Positions 1 to 8,739 of a DNA stretch of 42,361 nucleotides are shown here, in pieces (position 1 is the first letter of the stretch; the number at the start of each line of letters is the position of its first letter). This DNA is from Selaginella moellendorffii. Taxonomy: Eukaryota; Plantae; Lycopodiophyta. Under the pieces are notes generated by a model. The model was not told where the DNA came from. It saw nothing but the letters and a program-made list of their open reading frames with translations, and did no database searches. Where the stretch lies: positions 1 through 42,361 of the forward strand of contig NW_003314478.1 in assembly GCF_000143415.4 (NCBI RefSeq), in the 5' to 3' direction. The position numbers and the translations under genes are program-made.

Positions 1-238
1 CCTTTCCCGGGAAGAATGCCAAGAATGCCAGGCTCGCGGCGGTGGTCTGGAGGAGGAGCGCCAGGAGGATTGTGAGCGCCGCGGAGCGCCATGAGCAAGA
101 ATTGTGCGTAATCCCTGATTTGTGGAAGAAATGCAGGAGGAAAAATGGTTGGAGCCAAGAACAAATTGCAACAGATTGGAAACCAGAGAAGAAAGTGCAC
201 GCCACCGAGAGAATGGCCAACACTGCCACCTTCTTCAT
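1..238 (-). CDS. 5' end of Lnt-like (apolipoprotein N-acyltransferase / CN-hydrolase family) membrane protein, unit 0 copy; continues beyond the left edge
   Basis: ATG at 238; open frame MKKVAVLAILSVACTFFSGFQSVAICSWLQPFFLLHFFHKSG... to the window edge; paralogous to ORF 39189..39785. Confidence 0.75.
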   Translation of the reverse strand, partial: MKKVAVLAILSVACTFFSGFQSVAICSWLQPFFLLHFFHKSGITHNSCSWRSAALTILLALLLQTTAASLAFLAFFPGK

Positions 239-1469
239 GTCTCTTGGTGCTTGTTTGAATGTAGGTGGTAATTTATATTCTTATTATATTCATAAAAAAT
301 TAAAATATTTATAAGGTGAAACGAAAATACTATAAATATTTAGGGAATATACCTTAATCTAGCCGTTTAAATTTTTTCACTCAAATCAGTGTTTAATACT
401 ATATCTTAAATAGAACAACCGTCTAAAGTTAACTAAAATCTCTCAAAGGAAAACAAATTGTACTATTTGACTTTTTTGTAATACAAGACTCCTATCCACT
501 TGCCTATATTTACATCTTCTTTTCCACTTGTATTTTTTGGATTACAAAATGTTAAAACCATAAAATAATTATATTTGTTTAAGCTGCCACTTAGAGGTCA
601 TTAATGTTTGATATAGCCATAGAGATAACTCACTATCATTTAAAGAACTTTTTTTGATTCTTGGACTACAAATCTTTGAATTTTTGTTTTGTTCCCATTA
701 AATTGCAAAAGTTATTGGAAGCAATCTAAAAAAATATGATATTCAAACAGGGTATTATTCCTAGAATAATCTAACCACACTAGTTGCATAATTGTTTTAA
801 CTTATTTGTAGATTGTAAGTAATAAAAAAATGATTTACATAAAATTTAAAATATATAAAAAAAGAATCAATTATACTCTATTTTTTAATCAGTTAAGAAT
901 TTTGGGATATTTGGGATTAAATATTCTCATGTTTGAATAATAATGGGTTAGATAACTTCCTAGAAATTTAAACTATATTGGTTGGTTAGGAGAATCATAT
1001 TATATGTTTAATTAACATCTAGTAAAAGAGTGGCATTCTCAGGAGAGTGCTATTTAAAAAAATAATTAAATATAAAAGGAAAAAGTTTATAAATAAAAAT
1101 GCACATCTTTTTCCAATTAGTTAAAGATTTCGAGATATTATAGTGAAATATAGAAAGAAAGAGCATATGAATAAAACATAATTGATTAAGGGTATTAGGA
1201 TATTGAGTGTTAGGATAACCACCTTTACCACTAACTTTGATATTTTAAAATATTCTACCATTTAATAATTAAATTTGTTTTGTATTTAAACACTATTTTG
1301 GTATATTCTGGTTTATTCTACGATTGATCAATTAGGTTAATAAATAATACTAAACAGTGTTACAAACTAATTATTCTTCTCATATAAAGTTTTTATTATT
1401 ATCATTAAATATTCTTTAATCTAGGCACGTTCTTACAACAATCTTGAGTCCAATATTTTGGGTTGGACT

Positions 1470-3260
1470 ATGAAGAGGAACTCTAACATTCATTTTATTC
1501 AATCCTGCAAAAGCCTTTATGAAGCAAGAGAGATTTACTTGAATCTTCAAAGGAATCATCCACTTGCTGATGATTCCTTCCTCAGCAACAAGCTCATTGA
1601 GATGTTTGGCAAATATGGAAGCCCACAAGAGGCACGCCAAATCTTTGATACCATCAAACACAAAGATTCCTTTTCGTGGGCTTTCATGTTTCAAGCTTAT
1701 GCCCAAAACTCCCATCTTAAACATGCAAAAGAGATCTTCGACAAAATGCCGCAAAAGGATGTCTTTGCATGGACATCCATGCTCTTGGCATATGCCCGAA
1801 CTGGGCATGTTCTCAATGCCCAAAAAACATTTGATGAGATGCCGCAACACAGCCTTCTCTCATGGAACGCAATCCTGTGAGTCCACGCACATGGCTGGGA
1901 TCTAAAAAATGCCCAGAGGATTATCTCCGGGATGCCCGAGTATGATCTCGTGTCTTGGAATTCCATTCCTGCGGCATATGCCTGGAACGGGCATGTAGAG
2001 GGATCGAAACGTGTTTTCTATTCAATGGAGGCTCGTGACCTTGTGTCATGGACGACAATCTTGGTTGCCTTGTCGCAGGGCGGAGATTTGCACGGAGCAA
2101 AGCTTTTGTTTGATGTAATGCCGCAGCACGATCTCGTCGCCTGGACCGCGATGCTTAGCGCGTACGCACTGAACGAGGATGTCGATTCGGCACAAAGGAT
2201 TTTCCGCGAGATGCCTGAGATAGATCTCGTTTCGTGCAACACCGTGATGCGATGCTGCCGTGATGCTAGACAATCAAATCTTATATTTGACTCCATGCCG
2301 CAGAGAGCTCTCTCGTCGTGGACAACAATGCTCGCTGTTCTTGCCAAGAACAGCCCCGGGGAGGAAACCAAGAGCTTTTTCTATCAAATGCCGGAGCTTG
2401 ATCTTACTTCCTGTACGATAATGCTGCTCTCACAACCCTCAGACTTGGAGCCTGTGAAGGCCACCTTTGATCAAAAGCCGCAGCGAGACCTGTGCTCTTG
2501 GAACTCTGTTCTGTCGGTGTATGCCCAATCAGGGCATTGTGACTTTGCTCTTAGACTCTTTAACAAGATGCCCGAAATGGATATGGTTTCGTGGAACACA
2601 ATGTTAAATGCGTTTGTTCTAACTAGCAAACTACGTGAAGCTGCTTTACTCTTTCATAGCATGCTAGAACGCAACCTTGTGACCTGGGATGCTTTGATAT
2701 CTGCATTTTCCCGAGAAGGCCATATTGTATACGCAAGGAAACTTTTTGATACAGCCCCTGACAGAGACCAAATCTTGTGGAGCTCCATGATAGCTTCATA
2801 TGCACAAGTAAGCACCACTGCCAGCAAGGCCTTTCATCTCTTCAACGAAATGCAGGCCGTCGATTCCCCAAACACATCGTGCTTCGCATCCATCCTGGCC
2901 GCAAACAGCCACAAAGGCAGCTTTCAAGCGGGAAAGAGCTTCTTCGCTTCCATGGTTGTGGATCACGCCATTGAGCCCACAAGGCAGCACTACAGTTGCA
3001 TGGTAGATCTCTTGAGCCGAGCCGGCCACCTTCACGACGCCAAAGATCTAATCTTAAGCATGCCGTTCGTTCCCAGTGCTCTCGAGTGGACGTGCCTTCT
3101 CGGAGCATGCAAGAGCCACGAGGATTATAACAGTCTTAGACTGGGAGACGATGTAGTGAGATCTGTAATGAACGTAACCGACGCAACTCCCAAGACACCC
3201 TATGCTTTACTAGCAAACGTCTACACAAGCTCCCAAACAAAAAATCCACACTATATGTAA
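1470..3260 (+). pseudogene. PLS-class PPR protein with E domain (organellar RNA editing factor type), one in-frame premature stop
   Basis: ORFs 1458..1880 and 1932..3260 are in the same frame; TGA at 1878-1880 is TCA in copies B and C; tandem ~31-aa FDxMPxxDLVSWxxML motifs; C-terminal HYSCMVDLLSRAG...WTCLLGAC (L2/S2/E); no DYW domain. Confidence 0.88.
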
Positions 3261-3300
3261 AATCTAAGGACTTACTCTCTCCTGTACACATGAAGTCATT

Positions 3301-3510
3301 TTAATCACCTCCGCCACCGCCACCTCCTCCGCCACAGCCCCCACCGCCACAGCCTCCGCCACCACCACAGCCTCCTCCACCGTGGCCTCCACCGTGGTCA
3401 CCACCAGAGCCTCCACTGTGGTGGTGGCCACCGCTAAACATTGCTCCCACGAAATCGGATCGCCTTCTTGGCTTTCGCCTTTTTGGAGATGGAAAGAAAC
3501 TGAAACACAT
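3301..3510 (-). CDS. Small (69 aa) Met-Cys-starting, polybasic, Gly/His/Cys-rich protein (divergent pair, gene 1, unit A)
   Basis: MCFSFFPSPKRRKPRRRSDFVGAMFSGGHHHSGG...GGGCGGGGGCGGGGC...D; frame is also open in copy B despite indels; homologous N-terminus to the + strand partner. Confidence 0.65.
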   Translation of the reverse strand: MCFSFFPSPKRRKPRRRSDFVGAMFSGGHHHSGGSGGDHGGGHGGGGCGGGGGCGGGGCGGGGGGGGGD

Positions 3511-3877
3511 TTTGGATTGATTGCTTGCAAGGGGGCATAATCTTCTGCTTGTATACAAGGCTAGAAGGCAATGTGAGACTTTGACTCAGAGGAAGCCACG
3601 AAGAAAGCAATGATAGCGCGTGGACCTGGAGAAGTTTATGCAATCAGTGCCACGTCGTGACACTTCATCAGAGTGTTCAAGAAACGCAAGACGTAACACT
3701 ACAAACGTGCATTTGTCTATCCAATCTTTGAAGAATACGTGCATAAAATCTCGTCAAATTGCGCGTGAAGGAAGTTGCTTTGCTTGCTCCATATGGGGCC
3801 AATCAGATGTTCTCCTGCCTACTATATAAGCGCAAGCCTCCTCGCATCAATCATACCTTTATCTTGCGCAATCCAAG
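3511..3877. promoter_or_regulatory. Putative bidirectional promoter between the two Gly-rich genes
   Basis: TATATAA 3823-3829 about 50 bp before ATG 3878; CCAAT 3799-3803; ABRE-like GCCACGTC 3649-3656; CGCGTG at 3617 and 3762; all retained in unit B. Confidence 0.5.
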
Positions 3878-3948
3878 ATGTGTTTCGGTTTCTCTCAATC
3901 CTCTAACAGGCGAAAGCAGAGGCGAAGGCGCCCGTCTGCAGCAACGGG

Positions 3949-4098
3949 TGTTGAGAGTGGCCCTGTGCCACGTGGTTAGTCCACGTGGAGAGACACGAGT
4001 CTTCATTGGTTCACCATGTCACACATATGTACATTTTTCATTCCATATATGCTATGACGGATCTTGAGCACCATCACACGGTTTCACCTTTCGTTAGA
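3949..4098 (+). repeat. Copia 5' LTR (TG...GA), with two G-boxes
   Basis: Identical to 8354-8503; CACGTG at 3969 and 3982. Confidence 0.95.
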
Positions 4099-4110
4099 TG
4101 GTATCGGAGC
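4099..4110 (+). other. Primer binding site for tRNA-iMet
   Basis: TGGTATCGGAGC versus canonical TGGTATCAGAGC (one G:U), directly abutting the LTR. Confidence 0.9.
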
Positions 4111-4111
4111 A

Positions 4112-4252
4112 ATGCCTGGGAGAGCGCAAAGAATACGAAACCGTAGAATCAGGGCGACACTCGCTAGGGTGAATCGGAGCCTCCGTCTACGTAGACAGAG
4201 GCGTGCCCTAATCCAAACGCTCCAGGCCTTGCAAGAGGCACTGGACGACTAA
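4112..4252 (+). CDS. Putative 46-aa Arg-rich/Leu-rich upstream ORF of the copia element
   Basis: ATG immediately after the PBS; MPGRAQRIRNRRIRATLARVNRSLRLRRQRRALIQTLQALQEALDD*; different frame from gag-pol. Confidence 0.4.
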   Translation: MPGRAQRIRNRRIRATLARVNRSLRLRRQRRALIQTLQALQEALDD

Positions 4253-4301
4253 GAACCTGGACCTAGACTTGAACGAGTGGTGGGATTGGGTGTCGGCACC
4301 C

Positions 4302-7300
4302 ATGGCAGCCACTGTTCCTACAAATCCGCCTCCAAATCCACCACCTATTTCCCCTCCCATCACAAATCCGACTGTGCCTACAGCGGATATCATTTCAGTG
4401 GACGCAAATCCACCAAAATTTGATGGGAGGAACTGGCGCTTCTGGAAGACAAAATTCGAATCCTATATGGATGAACGAGGCCTCTGGGACATCACCACAG
4501 GAACTGAGACACTTCCAGATACAGCTACAGTGGATGAAACTGCGAAGTATCGCAAGAAGGACCTGAGAGCTTTGGGCAAATTCCATGCAGCGCTGGAGGG
4601 GCGAGAATTCCATTGCATTGGACGGTGCAAGAGTGCAAAGGAAGCGTGGGAGGCCATGAAGCAGACTTACCAGATCCCTTCAACATCCCATCGCATATTT
4701 TTACGGAAGCAGCTTCATGCATTGGTGATGGCTGAAGGGGATGATCTCAAGGATCATCTTGCTGGTGTGAGAACCATCTTAGATGATCTTAAGGATGTAG
4801 GTGCAAACATAGAGGATGAAGAAGAAGCAGAGCTGGTGCTCGTCACACTTCCTCCATCCTTTGATCCTCTCATACGTAGCCTCACTACCACTGGAACTCC
4901 TCTAACCCTGAATGGCGTGATCAGTAGCCTCCAGGACGATGATCTGAGACGAAGAGCAACAACAGGATCAGAGGCCGTTGCATTCTACTCTTCTCTCAGG
5001 AAAGAAACAGTGAACAAAGGGAAACAAGGAGCCTCTTCATCCAAGAAGCCCAAGTGTTCTCATTGCAACAAGAAAGGCCATGACGAAGCTCAATGCTGGG
5101 TGAAAAATCCATCTCTCAAGCCTGTAAGGAACAATGCAAAGAAAAAGGTGGTACACGCCTTCATCTTGTCACGAGCTATGGCTGTGGCAGCACTGTCTGC
5201 AGAGTGCATCTACCTGGATTCTGCTGCCACAGACCATATGTTCAACAGTGATAAGTACTTTGAAGCCTATGTTCCTACAGCCACAGAGGAGTATGTCATC
5301 GTTGGCAATGCCCAGCAGCTTGCTGTGAAAGGAATTGGAACCATCAAGTTCACTTTACCACAAGGAATAGTCGTAAAGATCCACGAGGTTCTTTATATTC
5401 CTGGTTTATGTGCTAATTTGTTCTCTGTGGGACAATTTGCTGAGGATGGGTATCAGTTCGCCATTACACCTCGCCAATTCCAGCTGATCTCGACCACAGG
5501 AGCCATCCTCACAGCGTCCCGGCCTGGACGGCGTGACCTCTACCGCCTTACCATGCTGCCAGATCTTGCTGGACGGAGTCTGGGCCTACACGCACAAAAG
5601 ACAACGACCAGTCACTCACTGGAGCTTTGGCACGCACGCCTGGGGCATCCTAGTGCTGATAGAATCAAGCAGCTCGCACGCGAGCAGATGGTTGAAGGTC
5701 TAGATCTGGACCCAAGAGCCGTTCTTCCATTTTGCCAGGGCTGTCAGCTCGGAAAATCTACTCGCCAACCTTTCCCCAAGACTGGAGCATCTCGAGCTAC
5801 AGAGCTCATGGAACTTGTACACACTGATGTGTGTGGCCCGATGGCCACCACAGCAGTGGGAGGTATCCAATACTTTATCAGTTTCATTGATGACTACAGT
5901 CGTCGCACTATGATCTACCCTATGGCTCGCAAATCCCAATCGTTACACTACTTCCAGACTTTCAAGGATATGGGAGAAAAACAAACTGGGAAAAAGCTCA
6001 AGCGATTGAGAAGTGATGGTGGAGGCGAATTCACTTCCAATGCTTTCAACCAGCTGTGTGAGCAAGGAGGGATTGTGCGAGAACTTACAACGCGAGAGAC
6101 TCCACAACAGAATGGCGTAGCTGAGCGCAAGAATCGCACACTAGTGGAGAGTGCTCGGGCAATGCTACTTTCCAGTGGTTTGCCTCGCAGCTTCTGGTGT
6201 TACGCTGTCTTGACGGCGAACTATCTCCAGAACCGGCTCCCCACCTCTGCCCTTGCTGACATCACTCCTGAAGAAGCATGGAGTGGCAAGAAACCTACAG
6301 TTACGCATCTGAGAATATTCGGGTGTGAAGCGTGGGCACACATCCCTGATGGAATGCGCAAGAAATTGGACCCCAAGAGCCAGAAGGCTGTGTTTGTGGG
6401 CTACAGCCTCGATCACAAAGCCTATCGTCTCTGGAATCCAATCACGAAGCAGGAGATCCTGAGCAGAGATGTGGTTTTCAACGAGAATTCGTTTCTTCCT
6501 TCTAGTCAAGGTTCTACTTCCAGACCTACCTTGACCGAAGAAAATGACGTTGAAGCGGAACAAGATCAGTTGACTGTCGGCACGATCACTGTGCCGCTTC
6601 AAACAGTCCCTATGCAACAATCTATGCCCGCTTCTACTCCAACACCACCAACCCTGCCGCCTCCTCCAGATCCTCTACGCAGATCGAACCGCACAAGGCG
6701 GCCTACTGAGCGTCTCATCGAGACAATGGTCTCCTCTCGTGCAGCTGGGACTCCTACTGTTCCGAGGACCTATGGAGAAGCCATGGCCTCACAGGAAGCG
6801 TCTTACTGGCGTGTAGCAATGGAAGCCGAGATTGCTTCACAGCAAAAGAACGAGACACATGTTCTTGTTCCAACTGTGCCTTCCAATCGCCAGATTATCA
6901 AGAGCATGAGGGTGTATGCTCTGAAGCTTAATCCTGATGGCTCGGTTCGCTACAAGGCGCGATTGGTGGCGAAAGGATGCTCGCAAGTTCCTGGACTTGA
7001 CTACAACGACACCTTTGCTCCAGTGGTTAAGCATTCTACTCTTCGTTCCTTGATTAATTTTGCTGCGGTGGGAGACTTTGATCTGGAACAGATGGATGTG
7101 ACCACGGCGTTTCTTTATGGCGCGCTTGAAGAAGAAATCTATATGGCACAGCCAGAAGGATTTCTAGCCGCTGGAAAAGAGGATCATCTCTGGCTTCTCA
7201 AGAAAGCTGTCTACGGCTTGAAACAAGCACCCAGATCTTGGTACAAATGCTTTGACGATTTTATACTAAGTGTGGGCTTTTCCCGTAGCGAGGCAGACCC

Positions 7301-8384
7301 CAATCTTTATATTCGGGTGGAGGGTGAATCATTTGTGATCATCGCTCTTTATGTTGATGATACTCTTGTCATCCATAATCATCACTTAATGTTTCTCCAG
7401 GTTAAGCGAGATCTTTGCAGCCAATTTGAGATGAAAACTCTTGGCTCAGCTTCCTACTTTCTTGGCATGGAACTTGTGCATGAACGCTCTCAACGCACTA
7501 TCTATCTTCACCAAGCCAAGTATATAGAAGAGATGCTGGCCAGGTTTTCTATGACGAGCTCTAATCCAGTGGCGACACCAATGGAACTAGGCTGCCACCT
7601 TTCACGAGCCATGTCTCCTGAGACAGAGGACGACAAGAGAGCCATGGACTCCATCCCTTACAGACAAGCTGTTGGCAGTCTCATGTATCCAGCTGTTTGT
7701 ACGCGCCCAGATATTTCTTTTGCCATCAGCAAAGTTAGCCAATTCCTGGCTAATCCTGGATCTCAACATTGGGCAGCGGTGAAACGCATCTTCAGGTACC
7801 TTCGAGGTACTACTTACCTTGGATTGTGCTACCAGGGAAAAGAGCTTACCCTCACGGGCTACTGTGATGCTGATTTTGGGGGAGACTGTGACACACGCAA
7901 GTCCACCTCTGGCTATTCGTTTTCCCTGGGCAGTGCGGCAGTCTCGTGGTGCAGCAGGAAGCAAAGTACAGTGGCAACCTCTAGTACTGAAGCAGAATAT
8001 TTGGCAGCCTCACAAGCTACCAAAGAAGGTGTGTGGTTACGCTCACTACTTTCTAACCTTGGTGTGAGTGTGAAGACTCCCACTCGCCTCTTCTGTGACA
8101 ATCAAAGCTGCATTGCGTTAGCGGCCAATCCTCGCTTTCATTCACGCACCAAACACTTTGGGATTCATCATCATTTTGTTCGTGAGAAAGTGGAAGATGG
8201 CACAATTGAGCTGATCTACTGCGACACGACCACTCAGGTTGCAGATATCTTCACAAAAGCACTACCCCGAGATCGATTTCAAGTCCATCGCGAAGGGCTG
8301 GGACTTTCTCCACTGATGAGCATCACTCGTGATGGCCACAGTGCCAGTGGGAGTGTTGAGAGTGGCCCTGTGCCACGTGGTTAG
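4302..8384 (+). CDS. Copia Gag-Pol polyprotein (Gag, zinc knuckle, protease, integrase, RT, RNase H)
   Basis: First ATG at 4302 (the track start at 4269 is TTG); CSHCNKKGHDEAQC; YLDSAATDHM; WHARLGH..CQGC; HTDVCGP/RSDGGGEF/NGVAERKN; YKARLVAKG, QMDVTTAFL, LYVDD; YCDADF, ADIFTK; integrase precedes RT; stop lies inside the 3' LTR. Confidence 0.97.
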   Translation: MAATVPTNPPPNPPPISPPITNPTVPTADIISVDANPPKFDGRNWRFWKTKFESYMDERGLWDITTGTETLPDTATVDETAKYRKKDLRALGKFHAALEGREFHCIGRCKSAKEAWEAMKQTYQIPSTSHRIFLRKQLHALVMAEGDDLKDHLAGVRTILDDLKDVGANIEDEEEAELVLVTLPPSFDPLIRSLTTTGTPLTLNGVISSLQDDDLRRRATTGSEAVAFYSSLRKETVNKGKQGASSSKKPKCSHCNKKGHDEAQCWVKNPSLKPVRNNAKKKVVHAFILSRAMAVAALSAECIYLDSAATDHMFNSDKYFEAYVPTATEEYVIVGNAQQLAVKGIGTIKFTLPQGIVVKIHEVLYIPGLCANLFSVGQFAEDGYQFAITPRQFQLISTTGAILTASRPGRRDLYRLTMLPDLAGRSLGLHAQKTTTSHSLELWHARLGHPSADRIKQLAREQMVEGLDLDPRAVLPFCQGCQLGKSTRQPFPKTGASRATELMELVHTDVCGPMATTAVGGIQYFISFIDDYSRRTMIYPMARKSQSLHYFQTFKDMGEKQTGKKLKRLRSDGGGEFTSNAFNQLCEQGGIVRELTTRETPQQNGVAERKNRTLVESARAMLLSSGLPRSFWCYAVLTANYLQNRLPTSALADITPEEAWSGKKPTVTHLRIFGCEAWAHIPDGMRKKLDPKSQKAVFVGYSLDHKAYRLWNPITKQEILSRDVVFNENSFLPSSQGSTSRPTLTEENDVEAEQDQLTVGTITVPLQTVPMQQSMPASTPTPPTLPPPPDPLRRSNRTRRPTERLIETMVSSRAAGTPTVPRTYGEAMASQEASYWRVAMEAEIASQQKNETHVLVPTVPSNRQIIKSMRVYALKLNPDGSVRYKARLVAKGCSQVPGLDYNDTFAPVVKHSTLRSLINFAAVGDFDLEQMDVTTAFLYGALEEEIYMAQPEGFLAAGKEDHLWLLKKAVYGLKQAPRSWYKCFDDFILSVGFSRSEADPNLYIRVEGESFVIIALYVDDTLVIHNHHLMFLQVKRDLCSQFEMKTLGSASYFLGMELVHERSQRTIYLHQAKYIEEMLARFSMTSSNPVATPMELGCHLSRAMSPETEDDKRAMDSIPYRQAVGSLMYPAVCTRPDISFAISKVSQFLANPGSQHWAAVKRIFRYLRGTTYLGLCYQGKELTLTGYCDADFGGDCDTRKSTSGYSFSLGSAAVSWCSRKQSTVATSSTEAEYLAASQATKEGVWLRSLLSNLGVSVKTPTRLFCDNQSCIALAANPRFHSRTKHFGIHHHFVREKVEDGTIELIYCDTTTQVADIFTKALPRDRFQVHREGLGLSPLMSITRDGHSASGSVESGPVPRG

Positions 8385-8503
8385 TCCACGTGGAGAGACA
8401 CGAGTCTTCATTGGTTCACCATGTCACACATATGTACATTTTTCATTCCATATATGCTATGACGGATCTTGAGCACCATCACACGGTTTCACCTTTCGTT
8501 AGA
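8354..8503 (+). repeat. Copia 3' LTR
   Basis: Identical to the 5' LTR; preceded by a short purine tract (AGTGGGAG). Confidence 0.95.
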
Positions 8504-8739
8504 ACGGGCGCCTTCGTGAGTGGTGGCGGAGCTTGTGCTGGCACTGGCGGCAGAGGCTGTGGTGGCGGTGGCGGCGGCGGCGGTGGTGGTGGCTGCGGAG
8601 GAGGTGGCGGCGGTGGAGGCTGCTAAATACTCTGTATGAGAAATAGCCATGCATATGAATGTTTGTAAATATGCATAATCTCAAACTTCCTCAAATAATA
8701 CGTACAATTTGTTTGTATTTTTTTACAGCCAAGGATTGA

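Larger units (their letters stand above)
3949..8503 (+). mobile_element. Intact Ty1/copia LTR retrotransposon (4555 bp), very recent insertion
   Basis: Identical 150-bp LTRs 3949-4098 and 8354-8503; TSD ACGGG (3944-3948, 8504-8508); PBS at 4099; empty site at 32663-32667. Confidence 0.97.
3878..8626 (+). pseudogene. Small Met-Cys/polybasic/Gly-Cys-rich gene 2 (unit A), split by the copia insertion (3878-3948 + 8509-8626)
   Basis: MCFGFSQSSNRRKQRRRRPSAATG | AFVSGGGACAGTGGRGCGGG...C*; the uninterrupted paralogue is 32597..32851. Confidence 0.8.

Noticed and set aside
195-238. MKKVAVLAILSVAC resembles a bacterial lipoprotein signal peptide
   Set aside because: The lipobox is imperfect (SVAC) and the segment fits the first TM helix of Lnt; the introns argue against bacterial contamination.
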